Assembly (NCBI GenBank): GCA_012518435.1
Contig: JAAYSG010000037.1
Coordinates: forward strand, 14,895-78,894
Source: Bacillota bacterium
Lineage (GTDB): Bacteria > Bacillota > DTU030
Reading direction: 5' to 3'
DNA length: 64,000 nt
Shown: piece after piece, positions 39,739-50,216 of the stretch
Layout: the number at the start of each line of letters is the position of its first letter
Numbering within the stretch: position 1 is the stretch's first letter
Translations under genes and position numbers: made by a program
The notes under the pieces: generated by a model
Seen by the model: only the letters and a program-made list of their open reading frames with translations
Told to the model about the DNA's origin: nothing
Databases searched by the model: none

Positions 39739-40257
39739 TTAAATTTTATCCTTTAGTAGCTTGCGGCGCCTTAAGACCCTAATTACCAACCGTTCCAAAA
39801 GCCGCACACACTTGGTCCCAATAAATTCATTCTTACTCAGGGGAACCACAAGGATTGTGTAGAGACCCAAGCGGTTGCCACCCAAAACATCGGTGAAAAT
39901 CTGATCCCCTATCACCGCAGTACTTTCCACCTCTGTTTCAAGATTATTTAGGGCCGCCAAAAAGGCTCGCCCCATGGGTTTATAGGCCCTGGGTATGGCG
40001 CAGACATCCAATAAACGACCAAAGTCCCTAACCCTCTCCCGCTGGCCACTATTGGAAACAAGGCAAATCTTAAATCCCTTTTCCAGCAGCCCAGCAAACC
40101 ACTCTAGGGTTTTGGCATCAAGTTCCCTCCCCCTCCAGCCGGTCAATGTGTTGTCCACATCAAAGATTAAACCCCGAATACCCCTCTGCCAAAGGGCATC
40201 TATGGGTATGGCAAAAATCGAATCTACATAAAGACGCGGGCACAGCATATTCCACAT
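39739..40257 (-). CDS. yqeG: YqeG-family HAD-IIIA phosphatase
   Basis: HAD motif I (LIFDVDNTL) and motif IV (GDQIFTDV). Confidence 0.7.
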   Translation of the reverse strand: MWNMLCPRLYVDSIFAIPIDALWQRGIRGLIFDVDNTLTGWRGRELDAKTLEWFAGLLEKGFKICLVSNSGQRERVRDFGRLLDVCAIPRAYKPMGRAFLAALNNLETEVESTAVIGDQIFTDVLGGNRLGLYTILVVPLSKNEFIGTKCVRLLERLVIRVLRRRKLLKDKI

Positions 40258-40457
40258 GGTATATTCTCCTATCCCAAGAATTCAGGTTCAATTATACCAT
40301 AGACAGGGGGAAAACCGAAGGAAAAATGGTAACCACCAGATAATAGTAACCCGTGATTTAGGTCCATGGGGATAATTTGCCCTTTGTCACTTTCCCTGGG
40401 GTCTGCATATCCTATTAGAAGCGATGAGGGGAATATCTAGCCAAAGGAGGTTAGTCA

Positions 40458-41306
40458 GTGCAAAAGAAAAATTGGCAGGGAAAACATCCCCCCAGTTCAT
40501 ATTCCCTTTGGGCCGGGATCCATCCCCAAACAAGGAAGGCTATACCCTATTTACTGTTACTTCTTGCTTGGCAGCTTATGGCCACCCTGGTATGGACCCT
40601 AAGGGGCATCCCCTTCCCTAACCCCGGGGAGACAATTCTCCATTTTTTTAGGCTCCTATGGGGAAGCCCCCTCTTGGGCAGCAGCATATTTTTACATGTC
40701 GGTGTCAGCCTCTCCAGGTGGTTGTTGGGTTTTACCCTGGCCGCCCTCCTGGGTATAGGGGTTGGCATTATAACGGGTTGGTTTGCGTATCTGGACACTA
40801 TAATAACACCCCTCCTCACATTGTTGCAACCAATCCCCAGCCTGGCCTGGATCCCAGTGGCCATCCTCCTCCTGGGTCTGGGGTTTACCTCCACCGTCTT
40901 CATCATAATTTTGGCAGCCTTCTTTCCCATTGCCGTCACCACCAGCAGCGGCATTAAAAATGTCGATCCCATACTTATCCAGGCCGCCCGCATGTTGGGA
41001 GCAAAAAATTATACTATTCTAATTCGGGTTGCCCTGCCGGCCTCTCTGCCCCAAATTTTGTCGGGACTAAGGGTGGGTTTGGCCAATGGTTGGCGGGCTT
41101 TAATTGCCGCCGAAATGGTGGCCGGAACGGGTAGTGGATTGGGCTTTGCAATTTACCAATCCCGTTGGAACCTTGATTATCCCTCCGCCTTTGCCTGCAT
41201 TTCCCTCATTGCCCTTACAGGGCTCTTGGTAGAGGGGTTCGTATTTACCACCATGGAGGAGAGGACAATAAAAAGATGGGGTGGAAGCACCAGGGAGGTT
41301 AAATAA
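40458..41306 (+). CDS. ABC transporter permease (NitT/TauT family)
   Basis: BPD-transporter domain with the EAA-like loop (AARMLGAKNYTIL). GTG start with an AAGGAGG ribosome-binding site. Confidence 0.8.
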   Translation: MQKKNWQGKHPPSSYSLWAGIHPQTRKAIPYLLLLLAWQLMATLVWTLRGIPFPNPGETILHFFRLLWGSPLLGSSIFLHVGVSLSRWLLGFTLAALLGIGVGIITGWFAYLDTIITPLLTLLQPIPSLAWIPVAILLLGLGFTSTVFIIILAAFFPIAVTTSSGIKNVDPILIQAARMLGAKNYTILIRVALPASLPQILSGLRVGLANGWRALIAAEMVAGTGSGLGFAIYQSRWNLDYPSAFACISLIALTGLLVEGFVFTTMEERTIKRWGGSTREVK

Positions 41307-41308
41307 AC

Positions 41309-42079
41309 ATGTTATCCCTTAGAAACGTGGAAAAAACCTTTCAGAATCGCCAAGGGCAAAAACCCCTCCAGGCCCTCAAAAATATTTCCTTTACCGTGGC
41401 CAGCGGAGAATTTACATCCATCATTGGCCCCAGCGGCAGCGGCAAGACTACCCTCATAAACCTCATTGCCGGTTTCCTCCATCCCAGCCAAGGCTCCATT
41501 CGCCTTGGGGGGCATCCCATCCGGGAACCAGGAGCAGATCGGGGGGTTGTCTTTCAGGAAGCGGCCCTCTTTCCCTGGCTTACCGCCCGGGAAAATATAG
41601 CCTTTGGCCTGCTCAATATGGGCTGCAAGGGTAAAAGTGGTAGGAAAAGGGCCCTCCATTACCTGGGCCTTGTGGGTTTGCAGGACTATGCTAACTCATA
41701 TCCCCACGAACTCTCCGGCGGTATGAAACAGCGCGTTGCCCTGGCCCGGGTCTTGGCCTTAAACCCCCAAGTATTGCTTCTGGATGAGCCCTTTTGTTCC
41801 CTGGACAATCAAAATAGATGCGGCCTGCAGGATTTAGTCACGGCCATTTGCTGGGCTAAGAAGACCGTCTTATTTGTCACCCATGATGTAAAAGAGGCGA
41901 TTATTTTATCAGATCGGATCCTGCTCCTTAGCCCCCGGCCGGGGCAAATAGTTGGCGATTTTCAGGTGAACATCCCCCGCCCTAGACGAAATCACATGGG
42001 GGCGGTGCAGGCTTGGGAGAATAAATTGCTAGGCCACCTGGGCCCCAATGCTCACCAAGGCTTTCCCATATCCATATGA
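41309..42079 (+). CDS. ABC transporter ATP-binding protein (NitT/TauT family)
   Basis: Walker A (GPSGSGKTT), signature (LSGGMKQR) and Walker B (LLLDEP). Confidence 0.85.
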   Translation: MLSLRNVEKTFQNRQGQKPLQALKNISFTVASGEFTSIIGPSGSGKTTLINLIAGFLHPSQGSIRLGGHPIREPGADRGVVFQEAALFPWLTARENIAFGLLNMGCKGKSGRKRALHYLGLVGLQDYANSYPHELSGGMKQRVALARVLALNPQVLLLDEPFCSLDNQNRCGLQDLVTAICWAKKTVLFVTHDVKEAIILSDRILLLSPRPGQIVGDFQVNIPRPRRNHMGAVQAWENKLLGHLGPNAHQGFPISI

Positions 42080-43056
42080 AGGAGAGGAAAAAAGTGAAAT
42101 ACTATACCATTTTACTTGTCTGCCTTTGTCTCCTATTCTCTAGTGGGTGCGGAGAGAGAAAGGAAACCACCTTGCGCCTGGCCTACCAAACATCCATTGC
42201 CAATGCCGTTGCAGCAGTTGCCGACAAGGGAGGGTTTCTATTAGCCGAGGGACTGGAGGTTGAATCCCAAGTCTACAATTCCGGTCCCATGATCAACGAA
42301 GTTTTGGCGGCGGGCCACGCCGATGTGGGTATTATGGGTGATGTACCCGCCGTCTTGGCGGCGGCCGGGGGAATTCCCATCAAAATAGTAGCCACCGTCG
42401 GTGGTGGCAATCAGCGCCACCGCCTCCTGGTACCACTTGATAGCCCCTTGCGGAATTTGCCCGACCTTTTGGGCAAGCAGCTGGGCATCACCCTGGGTTC
42501 CACGGCCCACAGTGGGTATTATCATTTAATGGAGAAATATAACCTAAATCCCCAGGACATAACCCTTGTCAACCTCAACCCAGGCGACATGCCCGAAGCC
42601 CTGGCCGCCAGACAAGTAGATGCCGTGTTAATCTGGGAGCCCATTCCCAGCCTAATTGAATCCAAGGGTTTGGGCCGGGAACTCTTAACATTGGCGGAAA
42701 CAGATAATTTATACCCCGTCCTTGCCCTCATCACCAACAGCTTTGCCCAAAAACACCCCCAAGAGGTGGAAGCCCTTCTTAGGGGTTTAGAAAAGGCGGC
42801 GGAATTTATTATTACTGAGCCAGAGGCTGCCTGCCACATAATTTCCACTGTTACGGGTCTGGACCCCGACGTGGCCCTAAAAGCCTTGGCATATCACTAT
42901 TTTGGTGTCTACTTTACCGAAGAGATCCAGCAGGAACTGGCGGCCACCGCCCAATTTCTGCTTCAGATGGGTACAATCACCACCGTACCCGCCATGGAGT
43001 CCTTCATTGATAGAAGTTATTTTCCCCCCAAGCCCCCGGGACAAATGACAAATTAA
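42076..43056 (+). CDS. ABC transporter substrate-binding lipoprotein (NMT1/SsuA-like)
   Basis: Lipobox LFSSGC and an NMT1/THI5-like periplasmic domain. Confidence 0.75.
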   Translation: MKERKKVKYYTILLVCLCLLFSSGCGERKETTLRLAYQTSIANAVAAVADKGGFLLAEGLEVESQVYNSGPMINEVLAAGHADVGIMGDVPAVLAAAGGIPIKIVATVGGGNQRHRLLVPLDSPLRNLPDLLGKQLGITLGSTAHSGYYHLMEKYNLNPQDITLVNLNPGDMPEALAARQVDAVLIWEPIPSLIESKGLGRELLTLAETDNLYPVLALITNSFAQKHPQEVEALLRGLEKAAEFIITEPEAACHIISTVTGLDPDVALKALAYHYFGVYFTEEIQQELAATAQFLLQMGTITTVPAMESFIDRSYFPPKPPGQMTN

Positions 43057-43505
43057 GTCCCACCGGACCCCTGTTTCATGGCGGTTGAGGCGTGGATACA
43101 AGCAACCACCGGTTTTTCCCGCAGCTTGAAAAAAGGGGAATTGATAAAACCAGGCCTCCACCATTGAATAAATATGGGGAGGGGACAGCATGGGCTTTTA
43201 CAAAGGATGACCAGGGATAGGAAAAGCACCAGCAAGGAGAACAAAAAAAATGAGCAATTAAAGCACATTGGGGATGGCCGCCGGCATTATCAACACAGAA
43301 CCGGTGTAAGGCTAACCCAGCCACAGGGTAAACTCCCGCTCTTTGTTGCCTTGGCCCAGTTAGGCCACCTTGAACGCCGGCCCTGCTGGCCTACTGAAAG
43401 TGAATTGCCGGCCCGCAGGGGATATTCACTCCACCTTCCGGTGCAATAAGGTTCCCAAATGGAGGGCCGGCATTTCGATAATTTATAATACCTACAAACC
43501 AGAAA

Positions 43506-44219
43506 CTACATGCTAACCTCGTCCAGGGCTAACTCCCTACCCAATTTGGCCAAGGCTCTTTTTTCTATCCGGGAGACATAAGAGCGGGAAATGCCCAGTA
43601 TTTGGGAAATTTCCCTTTGGGTCTTTTTAATACCATCCCGAAGTCCATAACGATACTCCACAACCCTTCTTTCCCGACTACCAAGCCTCCCTACCTTTTC
43701 CAGCAGCCTCTCCCTTTCAAACTTTATTTCTATCAGTTCCGGCACCGCATCAGCATCTGTGCCCAAAATTTCCATAAGGTTTATTTCGTTACCTTCCTTA
43801 TCTACGCCTATGGGCTCATAAAGGGAGACCTCCCTTTTGATCCTTTTGGAACTGCGCAAAAACATCAAAATCTGGTTTTCAATGCAGCGGGCAGCATAGG
43901 TGGCTAGGCGGGTGCCCTGCTTCCGATCAAAGGTATCAATGGCCTTGATGAGGCCCACAGTACCAATGGAAATAAGATCATCAATATCCTCACCGGTGTT
44001 ATCAAACTTTTTCACTATATGGGCCACAAGGCGCAAATTCCTCTCCACCAATAGATCCCGGGCAATTTTATCCCCCTGTTCCAGCCGTTGGAGACACCTT
44101 AGCTCCTCCTTTTCCGAAAATGGCAGGGGAAAGGCATTGCTGCTTGTGACATAGGAAACAAGTATTATTAAACCCCTGGCCAGGGAAAGGGCCAATACCA
44201 CTATGGGTAGTGGGGCCAT
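43506..44219 (-). CDS. sigK: Sporulation sigma factor pro-sigma-K (intact, not interrupted)
   Basis: The pro-sequence plus region 2 (LVSYVTSSNAFPLPFS, LRLVAHIVKKFDNTGEDIDDLISIGTVGLIKAI) and region 4 (ISRSYVSRIEKRAL) align almost collinearly with B. subtilis sigma-K. Confidence 0.85.
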   Translation of the reverse strand: MAPLPIVVLALSLARGLIILVSYVTSSNAFPLPFSEKEELRCLQRLEQGDKIARDLLVERNLRLVAHIVKKFDNTGEDIDDLISIGTVGLIKAIDTFDRKQGTRLATYAARCIENQILMFLRSSKRIKREVSLYEPIGVDKEGNEINLMEILGTDADAVPELIEIKFERERLLEKVGRLGSRERRVVEYRYGLRDGIKKTQREISQILGISRSYVSRIEKRALAKLGRELALDEVSM

Positions 44220-44360
44220 CTACTTCACCTCCTCAGAAAAAAATTGGCCTGTTTTTTATCCTATGCCCCTAGACCCCACTTTGTGCTTGTCTAGGACAAA
44301 TGCCCCTGGCCATTTTCATTCTGCCAAGGAAATTACTGCCCTCCTTACCTGCCGCCCTGC

Positions 44361-46034
44361 TTAATTATACTTTAATTCTGCCACTGGTATTTCCGCGATG
44401 ATGCGTTGCAGTATTTCCCGAAAAACCGGTGCTGCCACCTGACTGCCACTCCCCCCCTCTTCCACTAAAACTACCACCGCCATTAAGGGGGCCTGGAGAG
44501 GGGCAAAACCGGCAAACCAGGCATGGCATATAGCCTGACCATTGGCATCCTTCAGCCCCGTCTCAGCCGTACCCGTCTTACCACCGCTGGTCCAGGAAGA
44601 CAAGGCCGCTGCTGTTCCAGTACCATCCGTCACAGTACGCTGCAGGGCCGTGGCAAGGGCCGCCACCGTTGTTCCAGACAATACTGTTCTCCCCGTTGGG
44701 GCATCTCCTCGCGGGGAATCCCCCCTTGTTATTTGCAAGGGTATATAGACACCCCCGTTGGCAATGGCCTGGGTCATTTGGGCTATCTGAAGGGGTGTAA
44801 CCAAAATTGAACCTTGCCCCAGGGATATATTGGCCAGATCGCCGGCGTAAACAGCTTCAGGGCCGAGATGCCCCAGCATCTCCTCCGCTAGTCCCAAAAC
44901 AGCCGCACCCAGACCCAGGCGATGGGCATAGTTTAAGAGTTTTACCGAACCCAACCTCTGGGCCAAGGAAATAAAGATCGGGTTGCAAGATTTAGCAAAG
45001 GCTTCCGTTAGGTCCAGGGGCCCATGGCCCCCGTCCTGATAACGGTGGCAACGAAAGATCTCAGCACCCACCTCCAGGAAGCCCCCACAGTAAAAATCTT
45101 CATCCAATTGGGTTAAGCCTTCTTCCAGAGCCGCGGCGGTTACTATTATTTTAAATAGGGAGCCCGGGGGATAATTGCGCAGGGCCCTATTTATAAGGCA
45201 GGCATCTGTATTATTTAGATATTCCTTTATCCGGTCTTGGCAATAATTGGGCCTACTGGCCAAGGCCATAATTTCCCCCGTTCTCACCTGGACCACAACC
45301 ACCGCCCCGGCCCTGACCTTCTCATCCATCACCTCTTCTACAATCCTTTGCACCCGGGCGTCAAGGGTCAGTACCAAATCTCCCTTGCCCTCTGTCCCCC
45401 GCAAGACCTGCTGTAAACCAAGGTCGGGGATAATACTTCCATTGGCATCAACCCAGGCCATGAGGTCAAGTCCCTGCCCCTTCCGCAAATGGGAATCATA
45501 GTGGCGCTCCAGACCGGCCACTCCACCACCATTTTCCCCCTGGATATAGCCGATAAGATGTTGGGCCAGGGCCATTTCTCCATATCGCTTCGCCCTTTGC
45601 AAAAGGAAAACCCCGGGAAAGGAACCGGTGTCAAAAACGGCCAAACCGGGGAAGACCCTTTTAACGGTTAGGGTAAAGGGCTGACCCCTTTTAAGACAAG
45701 AATGTAGATCCGCAAATTCCCCCCCAAAGAGGGCAGCCAGCTCCCGAGCGGTGGCCCCTTTGTCCTCCACCAGGGTGGGAAATATTGCCAGCACCGGCTG
45801 ATTTTGGGAGCCGGTAAGGGAGACAAAATTCCGATCGTATATACCACCTCGGGGAAAATCCAAAGTTAGTATATGCCCCTGCTGCTTTATAGCCCGGGCC
45901 TCCAAATCGGCTCCCAGCCACAACTGAAGGCGGACCAACTGCAAGCTTAGGAAGCTAAAAATAAGGACTAGCCCAATAAAAATCACCTTAAAGCGTTGGC
46001 TACAGACCCGCATACCCTTGTCACCCGCCACCAT
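44361..46034 (-). CDS. Penicillin-binding protein, class B transpeptidase (SpoVD-like)
   Basis: N-terminal transmembrane helix, a dimerisation domain and SxxK (SLFKI), SxN and KTG motifs. Confidence 0.8.
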   Translation of the reverse strand: MVAGDKGMRVCSQRFKVIFIGLVLIFSFLSLQLVRLQLWLGADLEARAIKQQGHILTLDFPRGGIYDRNFVSLTGSQNQPVLAIFPTLVEDKGATARELAALFGGEFADLHSCLKRGQPFTLTVKRVFPGLAVFDTGSFPGVFLLQRAKRYGEMALAQHLIGYIQGENGGGVAGLERHYDSHLRKGQGLDLMAWVDANGSIIPDLGLQQVLRGTEGKGDLVLTLDARVQRIVEEVMDEKVRAGAVVVVQVRTGEIMALASRPNYCQDRIKEYLNNTDACLINRALRNYPPGSLFKIIVTAAALEEGLTQLDEDFYCGGFLEVGAEIFRCHRYQDGGHGPLDLTEAFAKSCNPIFISLAQRLGSVKLLNYAHRLGLGAAVLGLAEEMLGHLGPEAVYAGDLANISLGQGSILVTPLQIAQMTQAIANGGVYIPLQITRGDSPRGDAPTGRTVLSGTTVAALATALQRTVTDGTGTAAALSSWTSGGKTGTAETGLKDANGQAICHAWFAGFAPLQAPLMAVVVLVEEGGSGSQVAAPVFREILQRIIAEIPVAELKYN

Positions 46035-46302
46035 TTATCTTCTACCTTCCTTATAACCAAATAAATGCCTCCTTATACAAGGGGGGGATGGGAGGATTAA
46101 TTTCTTCACCGGCCTCCCAGACCACCATGGATGTCCTTCGGTATACAAAGGTTAAAGGGTTAGGCCCATCCTTCTTCCCACCCCTCCCTTTTCTTCCGGC
46201 TAACGCCAGATGATACCCCAACCATTGGCTAGGTGCCCAGCAGCAACAACTCCCACCGGGAACTTGCACTCCCTGGGCCGCACCCTTGCCGGGCAACCCA
46301 AA

Positions 46303-46345
46303 AAGGCAGGTACAATAATTGTACCTGCCTTTGACCCTTAACCTT
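46303..46345 (-). terminator. Strong Rho-independent terminator downstream of mltG
   Basis: Near-perfect palindrome GGCAGGUACAAUUAUUGUACCUGCC followed by UUUUU on the minus strand. Confidence 0.6.
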
Positions 46346-46432
46346 AGGAGGGCTGTTATTTTTCCAATGACAATGGGCAATGGTCTAGTGCCGGGAACCA
46401 TAGGAGTTCAGGGGGTAAAAAAGGCAGCAAAA

Positions 46433-47461
46433 TTACTTGCGGTACTGCCTTTTGGCCTGGTTATGCTCTGATAGGGTGCTACTAAAGGCATGGCTACCGT
46501 CATCCTTGGCACAGAAATAGAAGTATTTATTTTCCTCCGGGTTGGCCGCCGAAAGAAGGGAATCCTCTCCAGGGGCACCTATAGGCCCCGGGGGTAAACC
46601 GACATGGATATAGGTGTTATAAGGGGAGGGGATCTGAGTATCCGCCGTCGACAAATTCGCCTTTGCTTCACCCAATATATACTGGATAGTGGCACAGGAC
46701 TGTAGCTTCATCCCTTTTTGCAGACGTTTATGGAAAACCCCGCTGATAACCGGTTTCTCCTCTGCCAAAAGGGCCTCCCTTTCGATGATGGAGGCCAGGG
46801 TTACCAATTGGTGCAGGGACATACCCAATTCCTCAGCCCTTTCTTGGATTTCAGGGATGGTTATTTCCTCAAACCGTTGGAGCATGCGGTTTATAATGGC
46901 CTCCTCCCCCTCGGTGGGAGAAAAATAGTAGGTATCAGGGAATAAATAACCCTCCAGCCTATAGTCTGCACCCTCCTCCAAGTCAGGTAAAAATTCGTAG
47001 GCAAAGTTACCATTTTGTACCAGGGTAAGAAACCTCTCCCCATCAAAACCCTTCTGGTCCAAAAGTTTGGCCATTTGCAGGACCGTATAGCCCTCCGGTA
47101 TTGTAACCGGGACCTGATCTTGGACAATATTGCCCTCAAGGAGTTGCCGGATAATTTCCCGGGGGGACATGGTGGGGCAAAGTTCATATTCTCCCGCCTG
47201 GAGTTCCCCCGCCACCCCCTGCCAACGGATGAGGAGGTTGAAGAAAAACTCACTTTTTATTAAACCCTCAGCGGCCAATAATTGGGCTATGTCTCCCCCC
47301 GTTGATCCGGAAGCAATGGTAACCCGCACCGGGGCTGCCGTACCCTCCACCATTACGGGCTCTATGAGTTCCTTTGCCCCGCCAAGGGTTAATATTAAGG
47401 CCAATAAAAGGCCAACAATTACATATCGCCGCAGATGCTGTAAAGGATGAGGTGCAGCCAT
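46433..47461 (-). CDS. mltG: Endolytic murein transglycosylase MltG (YceG family)
   Basis: N-terminal transmembrane helix and a YceG-like domain; 342 aa. Confidence 0.85.
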   Translation of the reverse strand: MAAPHPLQHLRRYVIVGLLLALILTLGGAKELIEPVMVEGTAAPVRVTIASGSTGGDIAQLLAAEGLIKSEFFFNLLIRWQGVAGELQAGEYELCPTMSPREIIRQLLEGNIVQDQVPVTIPEGYTVLQMAKLLDQKGFDGERFLTLVQNGNFAYEFLPDLEEGADYRLEGYLFPDTYYFSPTEGEEAIINRMLQRFEEITIPEIQERAEELGMSLHQLVTLASIIEREALLAEEKPVISGVFHKRLQKGMKLQSCATIQYILGEAKANLSTADTQIPSPYNTYIHVGLPPGPIGAPGEDSLLSAANPEENKYFYFCAKDDGSHAFSSTLSEHNQAKRQYRK

Positions 47462-47622
47462 TTCTATCCCGCCTCCCCAGGGGATGTCCAGAAAGATCCT
47501 GGTATTAGAGAAGAATTGGCAAATCCGTACAATCTATTATATATCCAGTGCAGGAGGATAACAAGCCACTGGGGCTCCCCGAAAAAATTTACACCCGCCT
47601 GGACCCGGCCAAAACCCTATTT

Positions 47623-49371
47623 TCAAACCGTGGGCACTTCCTTTACCCGGGACAAGATCCTGGCCTTGGCATAGGTGCGGAAAACCTTGGTTACCTCCAC
47701 ATTGAGCCGCTGACCCACCAGGTCTCCTCCCCCCTCTATATCAATTACATAGCCATGGATACGGCTTATTCCGTCCCGGGGGTTTGAAATGTGGGGTTCT
47801 TCCACCCGGAGAATTACCTTTTCCCCCTCGGAAACAGGGCGGTAATACTGGGCCAGCTCGGCCTCTGACCGAAAGGCCTTGAGGGAAATATCTTCGATAT
47901 GCATATTATCATGGCCCTTAATATAAATGGGAATACCAAAATGCTTTTCCAACTCCTCCAGGTTGCTGCCCCCCGAACCTATGAGATAGGCAGCAACTGC
48001 AGAATGTACCTCTACCAAGAGGGCAGGTATTTTCCCCTCCCGCAGTAACCTACTAATACGACGTTTTACCAAAAGGGCAACGGTTTCTTCCGTTAAAACC
48101 CTACCCTTGCCCCCACAGTTGGGGCAATATTTCATCAAAATATTGGCTAAGGACTGCCTGGCCTTTTTCCGGGTCATTTCCACCAAACCCAACTGGGTCA
48201 AACCCAAGACCCTACCCTTTACCTTATCCTTAGAGAGTTCCTCCTGGAGGGCGGCCAAAACGGTAGCCTGGGCTTCCTTGGTGTTCATATCAATAAAATC
48301 GATAATAATAATTCCCCCCACATTTCGCAGCCTCAGCTGGCGGGCAATCTCCTTGGCCGCCTCCAGGTTAGTTTTTAAGACGGTGTCGGCCAGATTGGTG
48401 GTACCCACATATTTTCCCGTGTTAACATCTATGGCCGTCAGGGCTTCAGTTTGGTCGAAGACCAGATAGCCCCCAGATTTAAGCCATACCCTCCTCTTGA
48501 GGGCCCTTTCCAACTCCGCCTCCAGGCCATAGGAGAGAAGGATATCCTGTTCTGGGGCATAATAGTAAACCCGTTCCTTAAGGTGGGGGGCATAGATATC
48601 CAAAAGGTAAAGAATTTTCTCCAATACTTCCCGACTATCCACCGTAACCCTTTCAATGTCATCTGTATAAAGATCCCTCATGATCCGGTAGACCAGATCC
48701 AAATCCTTGTATAATAAGGCCGGTGTGGGGCCCTTGCGCATCCGCCGCCGGATCCTGGCCCAAAGGCGCTGGAGGAAGTCCAAATCCTGCTGCAGTTCCT
48801 CTATTCCCTCCTTCCCCTCCGCCGCTGTGCGAACAATAAGGCCCATCCCCTTAGGTCTGAGGTTTTCCGCCAGTTCCCGCAGCCGCTCCCGTTCCTTTTC
48901 AGCGACAATGCGACGGGAAACTCCGGCATAATCCACATGGGGCATGAGTACCAGGTTGCGTCCCGGAAGGGTAATGTGGGTTGTGACCCTGGCCCCTTTA
49001 CTACCAATGGGTTCCTTCACAACCTGGACAACAACCTTCTGCCCCGGTTGTAATATTCTATTGATGGGGGCCCTGGACCCCTTGGCCCTTTTAGCCGCAG
49101 GCCTCCCCCGCCGTTTTTGGGGCCGGGCGTCATCCACATATAAAAAGGCATTGCGTTCCAAACCTATATCCACAAAGGCAGCCTGCATACCGGGAAGAAC
49201 ATTTTCCACTCGCCCCCGGTAGATATTGCCTACTATCCGCTCATTGGCGGATCTTTCCAAATACAATTCAACTAAAGATCTATCTTCCAGCAGAGCCACC
49301 CATGTTTCTTCTTCACATACATGGATTACTATTTCCTTCACATATTCACCTCTCTTCACTTCTATTTTCAA
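47623..49371 (-). CDS. rng: Ribonuclease G/E family
   Basis: S1 domain followed by the RNase E/G catalytic core and a CPxCxGxG zinc-link motif (CPNCGGKG). Confidence 0.85.
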   Translation of the reverse strand: MKIEVKRGEYVKEIVIHVCEEETWVALLEDRSLVELYLERSANERIVGNIYRGRVENVLPGMQAAFVDIGLERNAFLYVDDARPQKRRGRPAAKRAKGSRAPINRILQPGQKVVVQVVKEPIGSKGARVTTHITLPGRNLVLMPHVDYAGVSRRIVAEKERERLRELAENLRPKGMGLIVRTAAEGKEGIEELQQDLDFLQRLWARIRRRMRKGPTPALLYKDLDLVYRIMRDLYTDDIERVTVDSREVLEKILYLLDIYAPHLKERVYYYAPEQDILLSYGLEAELERALKRRVWLKSGGYLVFDQTEALTAIDVNTGKYVGTTNLADTVLKTNLEAAKEIARQLRLRNVGGIIIIDFIDMNTKEAQATVLAALQEELSKDKVKGRVLGLTQLGLVEMTRKKARQSLANILMKYCPNCGGKGRVLTEETVALLVKRRISRLLREGKIPALLVEVHSAVAAYLIGSGGSNLEELEKHFGIPIYIKGHDNMHIEDISLKAFRSEAELAQYYRPVSEGEKVILRVEEPHISNPRDGISRIHGYVIDIEGGGDLVGQRLNVEVTKVFRTYAKARILSRVKEVPTV

Positions 49372-49400
49372 GAATATTCGGCAGGCGGAAGGCTGACCGC

Positions 49401-50216
49401 CTAAAATTCAATTTTTAGGGGGGAAAGAAGACAGTCATCTTGAAGGATAAACAAGCCTTTCCTTTGGATTACAGGCTGACAACCCTCATAGCCGGCAAAA
49501 TCCCAAAAGGCCTGCAATAATTCCCCGGGGCGAATATTTCCCCGGGACCCCAAGTGCAAGTCGATGTAGGCCAGAGCGGTATTGTCTCCCTCCAGGTAAA
49601 CTCTCTGGTCGTGGACATGGGAAATGAGATTAAAGGTACGCATTCCCTTCTTAGTTTGTCGACACACCTTGACCTCTTCCTGCTGGTAAAAATCCCTCCA
49701 AGTGGCAAGGAAGACCCTAGCCTTAATTTCCGGGGGGAGGCGAAAACTAATCTTATAGCGGGCCAAATTAATTAGGGCCATCAAGGCCGGCGCAGCGTAA
49801 GCCACCTCTTTTATGGCAACTATTTTCAACCCAGTGGGAAGCTGTTTGTTTAGTTGCTCTTTGAATTCTTCCGGTTGATGGGGATTTTTAGGAATGAATT
49901 CCACGTACTCGCCACAGCTGGTCATACCCACGGGCAAGGCGGAAGCAAAGGATATCCGGGGGCGCGGGTTATAGCCCCTGGTAAAGGAGAGGGGCAACCC
50001 AGCTCGACGCAAGGCCTTTTCCATAGCCCGGAGGAGATCCAAGTGGGAAATAAAACGTACCTCCGGACCTTTAATCAACTGGGCCCATAATTTTTGGAAA
50101 ATTATCATCACCCCCTCTGAGACGGATAGGTAATTCCAGGGTGGGACACACACCACACTGGCTGCAGCTGCTGAAACTACAGTCGGGAGTAATTTCTCCC
50201 GCCAGGGCCCGCTCAT
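49401..50216 (-). CDS. TIGR03936/DUF2344 family protein (partner of a radical SAM enzyme)
   Basis: Characteristic pairing immediately downstream of a TIGR03960-like radical SAM gene. The start is probably the internal Met near 50108. Confidence 0.55.
   Translation of the reverse strand: MSGPWREKLLPTVVSAAAASVVCVPPWNYLSVSEGVMIIFQKLWAQLIKGPEVRFISHLDLLRAMEKALRRAGLPLSFTRGYNPRPRISFASALPVGMTSCGEYVEFIPKNPHQPEEFKEQLNKQLPTGLKIVAIKEVAYAAPALMALINLARYKISFRLPPEIKARVFLATWRDFYQQEEVKVCRQTKKGMRTFNLISHVHDQRVYLEGDNTALAYIDLHLGSRGNIRPGELLQAFWDFAGYEGCQPVIQRKGLFILQDDCLLSPLKIEF

Noticed and set aside
40258-40457. TPP (THI-box) riboswitch upstream of the NMT1-like ABC transporter
   Set aside because: The conserved CUGAGA and ACCUGAUCUGGAUAAUGCCAGCG elements were not found.
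43174-43449. 91-aa plus-strand ORF in the ssuA-sigK gap
   Set aside because: Arg/Gln/His-rich low-complexity translation, no ribosome-binding site and no similarity to anything recognisable.
43506-44219. Possible skin-like intervening element splitting sigK
   Set aside because: The sigK reading frame is continuous from the pro-sequence through region 4.2. No recombinase gene or split halves are present.
46051-46401. 116-aa ORF in the spacer between mltG and the PBP gene
   Set aside because: It spans a palindromic terminator, has Gly/Pro/Cys-rich odd composition, no ribosome-binding site and no recognisable domain.
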